Source of the DNA: Eledone cirrhosa | Lineage: Eukaryota | NCBI GenBank assembly: GCA_964016885.1 | Contig: OZ024740.1 | Location: forward strand, 166,160,001 to 166,224,000 | Length of the DNA stretch: 64,000 bases | Direction of reading: 5' to 3' | Shown here: piece after piece, positions 28,109 through 44,256 of the stretch | How positions within the stretch are numbered: position 1 is the stretch's first letter | How the letters are laid out: each line of letters opens with the position of its first letter | The notes under the pieces: model-generated | Told to the model about the DNA's origin: nothing | Databases searched by the model: none | What the model saw: the letters and a program-made list of their open reading frames with translations, nothing else | Made by a program: the position numbers and the translations under genes

Positions 28109-28110
<2 letters not shown>
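27871..28110. repeat. Palindrome with about 100-bp arms plus a 35-nt tail, in (TA)n
   Basis: 27871-27969 pairs with 27976-28075. Centre TGAC-ATGTAC-GTCA. Confidence 0.88.
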
Positions 28111-28180
<70 letters not shown>

Positions 28181-28483
28181 ATTAGTCAATTGCAACTAAA
28201 TCATGTAAATGTTTATCATATATTATTTATACTGCTCAGAAGCGATTATTAGTAGGTACCAAGGCCTTTTGCCCATACGAGTTTGTGAGTATTGATTTAT
28301 TATTTTTTAGATCGTACAGGCAAACTATATGTATTTGAACTGAGAAATTTCATTCTAACTATTTTATTAGACAATTGCAACTAAAACATGTAAATGTTTA
28401 TCATATATTCATTTATACTCCTCAGAAGCGATTCTTAGAGCTGAAATAATTGTAAATGATCCCATTGAGTGTAAACTCTGAGT

Positions 28484-28541
<58 letters not shown>

Positions 28542-28609
28542 AATGAATTCTGTGAGAGAACATCGTTATTTTTTCTCCCACATTTCAAGAATTTGAAGAC
28601 AATTCATTT

Positions 28610-28683
28610 TCACCTGATGAGATCAGTGATAATCGATCATGGCTTCACAATCGATCTATCTCTTATTGAAACATGTGTCGTGA
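28610..28683 (+). ncRNA. Type I hammerhead ribozyme in a solo pLTR-like insert (28539-28726)
   Basis: UCAC-CUGAUGA-..-GAAAC AUGU GUC/GUGA. Palindromic ACAUGU. Stem II is poorly paired at its base. Confidence 0.65.
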
Positions 28684-28727
28684 TTAAATGATTGGAATTT
28701 TACATTGCCTTCGGATTTTCATTTTGA

Positions 28728-29026
<299 letters not shown>

Positions 29027-29054
29027 TGTAATAAACAACAGAAGGCAATTATTT

Positions 29055-29109
29055 CATTTACCAGTGGTTTCTTAAGAGCAAATAAGATTTGCTTTCAATC
29101 ATCAGAATG
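29055..29109 (-). ncRNA. Type I hammerhead ribozyme
   Basis: CAUU-CUGAUGA-UUGAAAGCAAAU CUU AUUUGCUCUUAA-GAAACC ACU GGUA/AAUG. Intact core, 3-bp stem III. Confidence 0.85.
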
Positions 29110-29400
29110 AAAAAATCCTGGTGTGTTTATTGGCATTGGATTTTAAAAACAAAAATATAATCTATATGAAAGTGAGGCTGGAAAAGGAAGAAGGAAAGGA
29201 AAAATAAACACACATGCACACGCACACACAGACACACAATTATATATATACACATATATACACATACACACACACACACATATGTGTATATATATATACA
29301 TACACATACATATACACATACATACATACACACATATATATCAACAATTCCATACATACACATACATACAAATACACAAACATGCATACACACACACACA

Positions 29401-29444
<44 letters not shown>

Positions 29445-29477
29445 AATATATATATATACATATATACACACACATAC

Positions 29478-29516
<39 letters not shown>

Positions 29517-29941
29517 CATATACAAACATATATACATACACATACATACACACAATCATACATATATACACACGTACATACACACACATACACACACACA
29601 TATATACACGCATACATACGCATGCACACATATAGAAATATGTACACACACACTTACATACTCACACACGCAAATAATTATAAGAAAAAATATTATAATA
29701 AAAATACCGTCACATAAGAATAAAAATGAATATAAAAAGTATTATAGTGTTGACAGCGATACAGGCAACAAATAAATGAACAAACACACGTGGTAAGCAA
29801 TACACACAATTGCACGTACACATACATACGTAAACATAGATACATACACACACACACTCTGACACATACACATACATATACAAATACACATACATACGCA
29901 TACACATATATATACACACACACACACATATACATATATAA

Positions 29942-29988
<47 letters not shown>

Positions 29989-30122
29989 CATATCCATACA
30001 TACATACACATGCATGTACATACAAATACAAACACACACATATGTATGTGTGTAAAACTCATTCTCAGATGTATTCATATGAACCTTGTTTAACTCAAAA
30101 ATATAGATATACACATATATAT

Positions 30123-30217
<95 letters not shown>

Positions 30218-30342
30218 GGAAAAATTTGAACAGGGACAAAACAGGGAGGCAGTACAACGAATGTTTATTAATTTCACGCTCTGGATTTATATATACCTAC
30301 ACACACATATACATACACATACATATGCATGCATACATAAAT

Positions 30343-30373
<31 letters not shown>

Positions 30374-30691
30374 AGAAAAAACATGAATATTATATATATA
30401 AAAAACATAAACATTGTATCTATAAAAATAAAAAGTTGGGAATACGACAAATAATAAATAAAAAAATAATTAGAAAAGGGTATAAATGTTTATAGCTGAT
30501 TTAGAGCACTCAACAAGTTCCTGGGGCAAATGATCAATGAAAATAACCATTAAATCACTGTATGTAAATATGCATAAACACACACACATACATATACATA
30601 CATATACATATATATATATATATACACTCACACAAACACTACCACAGAAATACACACATACATACATATACGTATATATATACACACACAT

Positions 30692-32267
<1,576 letters not shown>

Positions 32268-32270
<3 letters not shown>

Positions 32271-32350
32271 AAGTAAAATAAGAAAATTTTAGTAATTAAC
32301 TCACTTACTTAAATTTCTTAAATTACTATAATGTTCTTATTTTACGTCTT
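32268..32350. repeat. Short imperfect inverted repeat next to (TA)n
   Basis: AAGAAGTAAAATAAGAAAATTTTAGTAATT pairs with AATTACTATAATGTTCTTATTTTACGTCTT. Confidence 0.65.
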
Positions 32351-32551
32351 GTATATAATTGTTCTACATCTCTTTGTATTGAACCACACATTTACTAAGA
32401 CAAATCCTATATCTCTGCTAGCGTAAGTATACATCTGTATAAATATGTTGATAGATATACTAATCCTTTATATATATGTATATATAATTGTGTATAAATA
32501 TACAATTATATATAAGTATTCATACATACCAACATAAATACATACACACAT

Positions 32552-32663
<112 letters not shown>

Positions 32664-32989
32664 TGTTGTCTCCCGGGGGTAGGTTCCTAGAGCACCCCAA
32701 AGAGTGAAAAAACCGTGATTATTGGATATGCTCCATAAAAATGCCTATAAACAATCAAAATATAACGTAAAATAAACTAAAAGAAGAGGGACCGTCATAT
32801 GCGAATGGGCGTCCACTATAGCGGGAAATACGTTATATAGTGATTAATAATTTAGCGTTAAAATTATATATATCTTGCCACGAAAAAATCGCGGAAGATA
32901 TTTACGATTCCGCGAATATGCGGTAGTTGCCACGAACAATTATTAGGTTCCAAGTAAATTTCCGCGAATAATCTGGACAGCGAATGCTG

Positions 32990-33045
<56 letters not shown>

Positions 33046-33666
33046 TATTTGCGCTTATGTATATGCACATGACAGAAAGCTGGCAACCTACGTTGATTGT
33101 CGTCTCGCTCGGTGTTTTTTTGCCTTTGTACCTTCCCTGCTTAAGAGCTACAACCATTTAGACAGTGTTCTACAGGAGGGTCTGTTACTATAACATCTGA
33201 TGCGTAGGCACGTTTTACACCGATATTATATTTCAAATTTTCCTTTCTTTTGACACACCAAAACTAGTGCATGTCTAGACACTGACTTCTGGCAGTCAGA
33301 AACAGACGCAGACATTTCGTTGCAGTAATCACATTGTCATATGCGTCATCAACAATGAAATACCACCATGTTTGGAATTCCCTCACTTACAAAGTGTATT
33401 ATAGAAAAGAAAATTTGCTTTTCTTCAATGGTCAATGGCGCCGCGTCTTACAGGATTTGGTGCTTTGGCCTTTTGGTATTGTTGTACGGGTGTCTTTATC
33501 ATCTTGCTACTCCAAATTTAAAGGAAAGGAGGAAGGGATGCAAAAGGTGGTAATACTTAACAGCCATAAGACACACACACAAACACACAGATATATGTGT
33601 GCGTTTCTTTGCGTGTGGATGAGATGTTACTAACTAAAATCAATATGACTATTATTTACTCTATAC

Positions 33667-33770
33667 AGCCGAGGTTAACTTTGCCTTTCATCCTTACGGG
33701 GTCGATAAAATAAACTACCAGTAATGCACTGGGTAATTGCTGGTCTTGTGCCAAAAGTAGAAACAATTAT
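33667..33770 (+). mobile_element. tRNA-derived SINE, 5'-truncated
   Basis: Central domain and 3' tail match the family. Confidence 0.85.
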
Positions 33771-33844
33771 TTACTCTATACATAAGAATGTAGATATTAT
33801 TAGTGTTTAAGCTAAGTTTTGTATGTATGTATTAATGTATGTAC

Positions 33845-33905
<61 letters not shown>

Positions 33906-33909
<4 letters not shown>

Positions 33910-34187
33910 AAAGAATAGAGGTGTAACACACAAGTTATTATATATTGATAAACGGAATAGAAAATGCTGACAAATTGTTCACAGTTGAAAATGGTTTAAT
34001 TAGGAATAAAAGAGTATTAGTGATTGTATGGTTATTATTCAGTTGTGGTTTTAAGTTTTTAAGTTTTTACCGGTTGCGCATTTCTAAAGGCTTTTCAAAA
34101 ATAATTTTGAGATAGAGTGTCCGTGCTGTTTGCTCTGAACAATTTGTGAACAATTTGTCAGCATTTTCTATTCCGTTTACCAATATA
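33906..34187. mobile_element. Short element with inverted ends plus tail, in (TA)n
   Basis: ATTGATAAACGGAATAGAAAATGCTGACAAATTGTTCACA pairs with TGTGAACAATTTGTCAGCATTTTCTATTCCGTTTACCAAT. Extra 30 nt on the left. Confidence 0.7.
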
Positions 34188-35230
34188 TATATATATATAC
34201 ACCGTTATAATTTTCATAATTATCAGAGTAAATTTCTCACGCTTTCATTTTCAGCTACTGTTTCAAATTCGCCTCTGAGACATTAGTCTTATGCTAATTA
34301 CTATTTACGAATTTCTAAATTCCACCCTCCTCTCTTCTCGGTGTCTTCATGTCTCCTTACAATATAGTTTCCTGCGAGTACCTACAGCATCAACAACGCA
34401 GTCAATATATGTCCACTTACAAAAATACCTATTCCACCTATGCAATTACCAACGCGGCCATATCACCAGGATTAACATTACTACTGTTGTACGATTTTAT
34501 ATGTTTGTATGCATGCATGTATCTAGCTATTTATCTATCTATATACCTATCTACCCCCCCCCCCTCTCTATCTCCCTATATATATATATTATACAAAATT
34601 TAGTACAGCATCAACGAAGCTACGGTTGCAGCTCAGCTAACGAATGCAGTCTTGGTGTACAGCCAAGCACTCAATAGGGTATATAACATTAGAGTTATAA
34701 CATTATGTTTAGACAGCTTTGCAAATTGAAGACAGCGACCGATAAAATATATATATATATATTTATATGTGTGTGTGTTTGTATGTATGTGTGTGCGTGT
34801 GTGTGTCTACTTATGTATATCCTTTCTCGCTTTCTTTCTCACCACTTACCAACATATTTCTGATTTCGACACTTGTCTGACAATTAATTTGTTCTCCGAG
34901 AGCCTCTGGCTTCTTTCATTTAAAAGAATGCTCAACTCAGTATCTTAGATACGCTTGTAAGCTTGCCTCAATACTTGACTACGATTTCGCAAGAATTTCC
35001 TGTCTCTTAATTCCTACGTTATTCCCGAAGACGCCATAAACGACAACTTCTATTAAAGTTATAATTCCCCTCGCTTACCCTCTTTGCCTCTGCTCACCTA
35101 CAATGAAACTTCCTTATATTCTACAATAACCATAGTTTCACTTTGAAAAAAATGTCTCATACTTCATGATTCCATTTCCATTTCTGTAATCTATAACTCG
35201 TATGTCCTTTCAAATATATTAGCTTCTAAA

Positions 35231-35261
<31 letters not shown>

Positions 35262-35294
35262 ATCTTTCTTTCTTTCTTTCTATCTGTCTTTCTG

Positions 35295-35336
<42 letters not shown>

Positions 35337-35340
35337 TTCC

Positions 35341-35438
<98 letters not shown>

Positions 35439-35530
35439 CACACACGCACACACACACACTCACACACATACATACGTATATACAAGCATATATATATATA
35501 TGTATACGTACATGCATATATATATATATA

Positions 35531-37338
35531 TTTCGTTTCTGAATTTGTTTAGCAAGATTCTTTATCTGAAAACGTGTGTTGAAACCGATATTGTTATACT
35601 TTAGGAGGGTCATGTTGCCAATAAGAAGCACACGCACTAGGGTTTCACTCCAATTTATTATAAATCTTTTTTTAAATGTTTAAATAAAAAAAAAAATTAT
35701 AAATTTCCGGTTGGACGGTTGTTCATATATTGTCAAAGTTCTTTCGTCACACATTCTGTGACCTTTTCAGTGACTGGGGATTACTTTCTTTGTTTTGTGC
35801 CTCTCCTTTGTTCTATCCTACGCCATCTTGTTTTTGTGTGTGTTGTGTGCTTAATTTGCGCATGTGTTACATCCGGGTGTCTGTGTGTGTTTTTATTTGT
35901 TTATTTATTTATTAATTTACATGTTACTGGTTGGTTGTTTGTTCTATGTGTGTGTGCATTTTCATTTGTCCTTAATTTTAAGTTGTGATGTTGCTATTCC
36001 ATTCATGTTTTCTATTTAATTTTGGTTGGAGTTCATTTATGTTTATTGCCTCTGTGATTTGTCTAAACATTGCGTCTTTTCTGTGTGTAGATTTTATTTT
36101 TATTTCTATGTTCTATAATTTGCCCTTATGTGCTATTTTAGCATGTTAGTGGAGTACTGATGATTCTTTTCTCTCTTGAAGCTCTCGCCAGTGTTCATTT
36201 AACCGTTCTCCTATACTACGAGCTGTCTCACCTATGTACACTATATTCTTATCTTTACATTGTCCTTCAGTACATATTATGCTATATACTATGTTTCTAG
36301 TTTTACAGTTAATATGGGGGCTTAGTTTACAGATTATGCATTACTTATCTATACAGGGAGGTCTTCGAAAAGGGTATGTATTACTAATAAGTGTTTTTAT
36401 GGAGGTACCTGGTCTTTCTACTATCTTAATATTAAGATTAAGTTTATCTAGGGCACTTCTAAATTTGTAAGCTAATTCACCTCTAGGGGTTGTATCGATG
36501 AACATTACACTCTGGTATTTATTGCTATCATACCATGAGTTTATTCTATTAACCTTATTCCTAGTTCTTTCTATTCTATTCCAAAATTTGCTCCTATACA
36601 AGGGGCAGGTCCCATTTGTATCATTATTTACCATTTTTTCCCATTTGGTTCGGGCTTCTCTATATACTCCGATTTTACCTCTCTAATTGTAACCAGAGAA
36701 CTGCATACGGTGGATGAAGTGTTGTATGTGTCTCTCTAGTTCTTTGGGGTTGCACATGCGGGACACGTTTCTCATCACCCGTACTAAATCCGCAATCAGT
36801 ATGTTGATTTTGGTGTGATCCGAAACAGCTGAGTTTGATCAGATATTTGGAAGTCATGGGTTTGGCATATTGGGAATGGAGGATTTGTTTTTTGTTATTA
36901 ATGGTTTCTAACCAGAGCTCTGTGTCTATTACAGGCAATCGATGGTTGGGGTGTTTGCGTGGGTAGTCTATAGTAACTCTAATACTCTAGTGGATGGAGT
37001 TAGCTATTTGCTGGATACTTTCCATGGTGTTTTTCTCTAATTCCTGACTGTTCTCTAGTGGGGGTGTTTTACTACGATGTTTATATCATCAACGTAGCGA
37101 GAGTACATTATCAGGGTTAAAAGGTTGCTGTCTTCTAATTGTTCTTTAAGTTCACTGAAGAGGTCACATAATTTTTTTGACGATAGAACTTTGACAATAT
37201 ATGAACAATCGTCCGGTTGTGGAACCAACCACCCAACCGGAAATTTATAATTTTAATTTTTTTTATTTATAATAAATTGGCGTGAATGCCACTGGTGCGT
37301 GTGTTTCTTATTGGCAACATGACCCTCTCCAAGTATAG

Positions 37339-37339
<1 letters not shown>
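35531..37339 (-). mobile_element. 5'-truncated PLE (Naiad-like motifs) with 3' pLTR+tail and inverted tail-less 5' pLTR
   Basis: Minus strand YSRYVDDI, PVIDTELW, YAKPMTSK, CPLYRSKFWNRIER, IVYSIIC..YIGETARSIGERLNEH. 37153-37339 is inverted relative to 35595-35772. Clade assignment tentative. Confidence 0.85.
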
Positions 37340-37422
<83 letters not shown>

Positions 37423-37943
37423 GTGTGTGTGTGTGTATATACATATATATATATATATATATATTTACTATATATAAATATATAAATATATACATATATA
37501 TTTTTTTAAAATATATTTATATACACTAAATGAGTGAATAATAACCTCAGATCGGCTGTACAATAGGGTTTATTTGAAGTATTAACAAATGTTTCCTTAG
37601 TCCGGGGTATCTAAAAACAGCTGTTCGCAGAATGTTACTATGTTACTACTTGTTGAGTCAAACAACGCCGAACGTTAAAACTATCCTCGATACAGAGTAC
37701 TTATAACATCTACGTGGATTGCCTTAAACGATACATCGTTAACTTAGATATATGTACATTATTATTATTAATATTATTAAGGTCAATATTAAACCGAAGC
37801 CATAATGGGAACGTAAGTTTCGTTGGTTATGTGTACATAAGTTATCACCACATATTTATATAAATACATATGCAGTACACACACACATGCACACACATAC
37901 GCACACACACACACACATATATATATATATACATACACACACA

Positions 37944-38035
<92 letters not shown>

Positions 38036-38164
38036 GCATATGCATTTATAGGTGTTCCAGCCGAAGATTGAGGCCATGCTGGGGCACCACTTTTATACAT
38101 ATTATGATAGTAAACAATAATGGTAATATATGCGTATGAATACACAGACATACACACACACATG

Positions 38165-38203
<39 letters not shown>

Positions 38204-38213
38204 GCATGTATGT

Positions 38214-38821
38214 CAGGTCACCAGTTGGTGCTACTGGTAACATGTATCCCAGTACAACCTGTCTCATGGTCGGGTCGTTGGCGACTAAACTGGCAACCCC
38301 ACCAAGGTCTCTTGGTGAGGAGGGTGACTTTGGACATCCTGCAGGACTAAAAACAAAACCTGTCAAAGAGCAAAGGAGCTCTTAAGAGTCAATGGCCATC
38401 CAAAATCAACGGGAGAGATGACCCTTTAGCCTTTGTCAAGGCAGAATTCTAGGAGAAGGAAAACTCTGATATAACACCTGCAACCCTGATGGTATCCAAT
38501 GATGTTGACTTGTTCTTCTTTTTGGTAAATATCATCTTTGTTAAGAGAATGGGACTGGCTTTGTGCAGTGCCTTTGCTCACTATAAAAGCTTCACGGCAC
38601 AGGCATTGCTTTATATCTGGAGATCTCTCTGCACTTGTCGTCACATGGTACCATGGGCCTAGCACTATGTGTCAATAATTGTCACAGGTGTAGTGTTTGT
38701 ACCAGAGTGTTCAAGTCGCTGGCTGGACTAAAAAGTCACACTCGTTTAGCGCATCGGTAGGAGTTCTGCTACATGGATATAAAGTAGTGGCCGTACTCGA
38801 AAACGAGTGGGCAACCACCAT
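38214..38821 (+). mobile_element. Non-autonomous bipartite RTE-derived element (5'UTR joined to 3' end)
   Basis: Longer copy of 35-441. No RT/EN between the 5'UTR motif and the C2H2-like relic. (TATG)n flanks. Confidence 0.7.
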
Positions 38822-40257
38822 GTATGTATATACACGTAAATAAGACCGATATTGCTGCTCCAATTAGTCTACTAACCCCCAGGAAATGCCCTAACATGAA
38901 CGCCATCCTGTACCCATGACTCTTGGCAAAGAAACCGTTCTCGCCCTCTATATTCGTCAAATCATACACAGACAGCCCATTCTCTCAAACGCAGCTTACA
39001 CAACCAGACCGTAATAGCCACCTAATCGACAGGACACGTTATCAAGCTGCAGATTTCATATTACATATGTTTATATCTGTGAGTATGTTTGCGTGTGTGT
39101 GTTTGTATGTGTGCTTCTGTATGTTTGTATGTGTGCTTGTGGCTGACAAGCCTTTCTGGATGTAAAGTTTTGATCTCACGTAAAGTTACATACAGACTAA
39201 AATTCAGGCGCTCCTCAGCAATAATTTCCGCAGTAAACTACTATTTGACAACATTACTCTTAAGAATGCTACCGAAATATACGGATTCTCAGACCACTCT
39301 CATTTCTCCATGAACTATATAAAGGCACCTAGTCTAAACTACTACAGCAGAGCTAACACTAGCACTCATGATATCATTATCTATAATGTGGAATTGATAG
39401 CCAAAAGATTTAAACTGGATACGGAATTTCAATGTTTAGTTAAACGTGAAAACATTAACTGTTGAAAACTGCAAGGAGCACTTCGTTACAAATGTCAAGT
39501 GTAGACTTTTAAATGCAGCTAATATTGAGATTACAAGAATCAGCCAACTAAGCAACATTAATGACAATACAACTGCTCAATAGAAAACATGTCTATTATA
39601 AACGATAAAAATCGATGCAATCTCTCATAGTTCAATTTTGGCAAATTGTATACATCAGTTTTTAGGCAGCTTTTCATCATATCGTTGGAATTTTGCATGC
39701 CACATTGTAATATTAATAATCGACATAAACATGAAGCAATGAAGCTGCTCGATGGAGACACTACATGAAATACATTAATGATTCATTTAATGTTATGATG
39801 GATTCCGTTGATGGAGCAAAGGTCGATGATATAGTTGATCCATTCATCCCAGTTAAGCTTAATCTAGTTTTAACACATTAGACATGGAGCAACATAGAGA
39901 TGTGTATCTATAACATTCTATCAATATAAACAGTCATATTTCCAACTGAAATACAGAAGGTACGAATTGTTATCTTTAAAAAACTATGTCTTAATATCAA
40001 TGTACCTAAAGATATAATGACGTGTAACTTCCTAGACACTTCCTTAATCTCAATATATGAAAACTATAAAGAAAACAAATCTAAAGGCTCATATACATAA
40101 AGATAAATCAAACGATTCTTTCACTATATTTAGATGTTTGTTAATATTAGAATTTTCTTAAAGTATAGTAACAAAGCTTGCTCGATCAGGGTTGAAATGA
40201 CGAAAACATCAAGAACACCACCATATTCATTATAATGACCGTCATCATCCCCCCCAC

Positions 40258-40302
40258 TCCTCCTCCTCCTCCTCCTCCTCCTCCTCCTCCTCCTCCTCCT
40301 CC

Positions 40303-40337
<35 letters not shown>

Positions 40338-40378
40338 GTCATCATCATCATCATCATCTTCATCATCATCTCCTCCTC
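40258..40378. repeat. (CCT)n(CAT)n microsatellite
   Basis: Read directly from the sequence. Confidence 0.95.
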
Positions 40379-40749
40379 TTCACACACTCCTCCTCATCAT
40401 AATCATCCTACTCTCCAATAACAATAACAACAAGAAAAACAACTGATCTTTACGGTATCTATCCATAAATGTTAAATGTTTAAGCAAAGCCCAACAGGTA
40501 TGTGCAGCAACATATCATTTTCATTAGCACAACGCTTCTCACCACGTTTTAATGAGGCAACCCAGCACAGGAAGAAGTATAAAAGTCAAAAGTCGCTTCT
40601 CTCACATAAATATGATTGAATGACATTGTCATCATTTATGTGTGATTGTAACAGAAATACGACTGGATGATATTGTTACCAATTCCGTATGTCTGTATCA
40701 TAGTTATGTATGGCTCGTAGCACGACGAGATAATTATCACATACACACA

Positions 40750-40833
<84 letters not shown>

Positions 40834-41277
40834 CATATGTACACACATAAATGTGTGCACACTCACTTTTATGGCTATTGTTGTTATTGCTACTTAGCTC
40901 ATGACGAACGATGATGAACCCGAATTTTCATCGGCCTCCACCCGTCGTTTTCTTCTATAAAACACTATACAATTAGTCAATTTAGTTTGAAGACAATGTG
41001 GTGTGATGGATGCAAGATTTTGTTTTATTTCTACGTGTCTTTTGTTTGAGTGTGAATGATAACTGCTAAAGGTAGGTTTCACAATCGCTGAGTAACTCTC
41101 ACTGAGAAGACGAATTCTGAACATAGAATAGTTTCCCCACTATTGGCTACCTTCATCAGAGCTAACAAGCAACAACAATAGGAGCATCTACATGATCGAT
41201 TAGTCTGATCGAAAGAGCTGGCAAATTACCACATAGTATACCTTAATAACTTAAGAAAATGATGTTTTAATAAATTA

Positions 41278-41427
41278 GCGTATTTCCCGGCACCGAAGAC
41301 GCACCATAACTTTGACAACCAAAAATTTGAAAAAATATAATAAACAACCTTCGACCTCCAGGATGCATGGTAGAGTTTTGAGACTTATTTTAGGAAAAAG
41401 TAGCGTCTTCGACGCCGGGAAATACGG
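41278..41427. mobile_element. 150-bp MITE, Tc1/mariner superfamily (pogo/Tc2-like TIR)
   Basis: TIRs GCGTATTTCCCGGCACCGAAGACGC and GCGTCTTCGACGCCGGGAAATACGG. TA on both sides. Confidence 0.85.
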
Positions 41428-41591
41428 TAAGTTGGAAAGGGTGTTGCGCACCTATGACGCACCCAGATAGGCAGTAGCAAATGAAGTGGTTAATCTCAAA
41501 CTAGATACCTAACTGAATGATTGTAACAGAATAAAGTTATTAAAGACGCCAAGATTGTGATGATAAACCAACCGGGTGACAAATTAAGTTT

Positions 41592-41786
41592 AATAATTGT
41601 TTCTACTTTTCGCACAAGGCCAGCAATTATCCCAGTGCATTACTGGTACTTTATTTTATCGACCCCGTAAGGATGAAAGGCAAAGTTAACCACGGCGGGA
41701 TTTGAACTCAGATCGTAAAGGCCCGTAACTCCATGCTGCAAAGCATGGCGTCCAACACTTTACCGATACTGCCAAACCACCACCCC
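41592..41786 (-). mobile_element. tRNA-derived SINE
   Basis: Full-length family match. Confidence 0.88.
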
Positions 41787-42919
41787 TAATTAAGTTTAAT
41801 AATATCCAAGAATTCAGAACGCAAAGAGCTGAAACAAGTACTGCATATCATCTCGATTTACGCTTAAAAAATTATCAATTCCTCATCCTTGAATTGTATC
41901 TCATACTATAGATCTCGAAAGTTTGAATTACAAAATCGAGCTCGACAAGATTTGAACTCAGGGTGCAGAGAGCCATGAATATGTCTTAACTCTGATAATT
42001 CGTCACCGGAATGACGTTAACTAATTTAGTCATGAGACGGGTTGCTTATAGCTTGAATGTTTTTGATCAAAGGTTAACTCGAACAGAACAGACCTAGGGC
42101 TAAACGACAACAACAACAAAGACAATAATGTCAACTAGGAATATTAAATAACGACATTGGTAGGCCTTAGAAAACTGAAAGAAATAGATTACATTTATTT
42201 ATGTATCCATTTGTATTTATTATATATTTGTCAGGAAGAAATCCTTGGGGTCCAATATATAATAAACTACTGAAATATTCTCACTTCTAATCAGTTTAGA
42301 GGGGCACGGAAACTCAATTTAATTCCGGGTAGGTAGCCTTTCGTAAATGATAAATGTAAAATGTACTACACGACCTTTCAGAATAACCTTCAACATCTCC
42401 ACGGGAGAGACGTCGAAATATTGATGGAGGAGGGCACTTAGTGTACAGGTAACGTATAGCTGTTCTGAGTCATACATCCTCTCTCTAATTCTCTCACAAT
42501 TTCGAGGGTGAGGGTAGTGGTGGTGGTGTTTCATGTGGTAAGTGAGCTTGGTTTGGTCTTATCCTTTCTACATTTTGTTCGAATCACGGCAGGGAGTTCA
42601 GTGAATTTAATAAATGAAAACGAAGGATTAATATTATGTCAGGAACAGCATAGCCCACCCAAACCTAGACACCAATACACTAATAAACCACACCACAACA
42701 TACTTACCCACACCACTACCTATAGATGCCGGTTTTGTGATTGATGTTGGCAGAAACTGCTAATGTCTATGGTTTGAGAGTAAGTCTCATTTGACAAGTT
42801 TAACCAATAAAACAAGAATAGTAAAAGATATATATTATGTGTATACAACAATGTTTCACAAGCATGTATGCTCATATATGCTATTATGTGTAAATTTCTC
42901 ACCTGTATGCATTCACACT

Positions 42920-42966
<47 letters not shown>

Positions 42967-42983
42967 TTGGTCCGTCAACTCCT

Positions 42984-43062
<79 letters not shown>

Positions 43063-43500
43063 TAATATAATGCATACATATATAAAATATGTGTGTGAGT
43101 GTATGTATATTTATACCTACACACATACACTCTTACACACATGCACACATAAGCACACACACACATACATACACACACACACTCTCTCACACACAAACAT
43201 ACGCACACACATTGACAGACCGACACACACACACACATTATATATACACATACATATATTGTGTGTATAGGTATATATATATATATAACCACAAGTAATT
43301 TCGTAAAATCACCGTGAGGGAACATACATGGTGAATAGAAGAACAATTGACAGCTTATACATTTAAGCGGAAAATGGTGTCTGTGACTGACTTTATAAAC
43401 TGTGATAAATTGATCCACAATATACTAGGTACAGTCAAAAGCAAAAGCCCCAAAATCAACACCAGAAATAGCAACTGAAAAATCAGGAGTACCATACATA

Positions 43501-43619
43501 ATAATTGTTTCTACTTTTGGAACAAGGCCAGCAATTACCCAGTACATTACTGGTACTTTATTTTATCGACCCCGTAAGGATGAAAGGCAAAGTCAACCTC
43601 GGCGGGATTTGAACTCAGA
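43501..43619 (-). mobile_element. tRNA-derived SINE, 5'-truncated
   Basis: B box through 3' tail. Confidence 0.85.
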
Positions 43620-43798
43620 TATAATAATGAGGAAGTCATATGGTCAAAACGGCTTGACCTGCTACAAATAACAACTAAATTACTCTCAACTCACACCTTA
43701 CCAACATGTGAAAGGAGGGAGAGAAAACTTGGGTTCGGATTGAATGAGAGAAGGTTAGATCGATGTTTACGAGAATGTGTTATATCATAGCACTGCGT

Positions 43799-43833
<35 letters not shown>

Positions 43834-43889
43834 AGTATGCATGTAAACGTACATACATATATGTATACAGACGTACAGTAGCATGCACA

Positions 43890-43921
<32 letters not shown>

Positions 43922-44015
43922 CATATGCATACAGGTACACATACATATATGCACGTTAATTTTCATAAGGAAAGTATATACTTTCGAACGTTCAACTATC
44001 TGGCAGATGGGTAAA

Positions 44016-44056
44016 CGGTGCTGATGATAGCTAACAAGCTTGAAACTAGTACATCG
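44016..44056 (+). ncRNA. Minimal type I hammerhead ribozyme (family D), predicted cut after A44051
   Basis: CGGUG-CUGAUGA-UAGCU AACA AGCUU-GAAAC UA GUA/CAUCG. Confidence 0.85.
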
Positions 44057-44222
44057 TTCCTGTGTCAGTGTTGAACAAAAAGGTGACGTGGTTGCCTTAA
44101 CACCGTATGGCATAAATTCAGGCTGTTCAGTTTGTTTACAAACGAACAAAGCGACGTTATAATAAGCGCCGCTAAACTGATACGTGCATATATGTATGTG
44201 TACCTGTATGCATATGTATATA

Positions 44223-44256
<34 letters not shown>

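Noticed and set aside
36140-36345. Selenocysteine recoding in the Naiad-like ORF
   Set aside because: The in-frame stops I could read in the endonuclease region are TAA, not TGA, and no SECIS was recognised.
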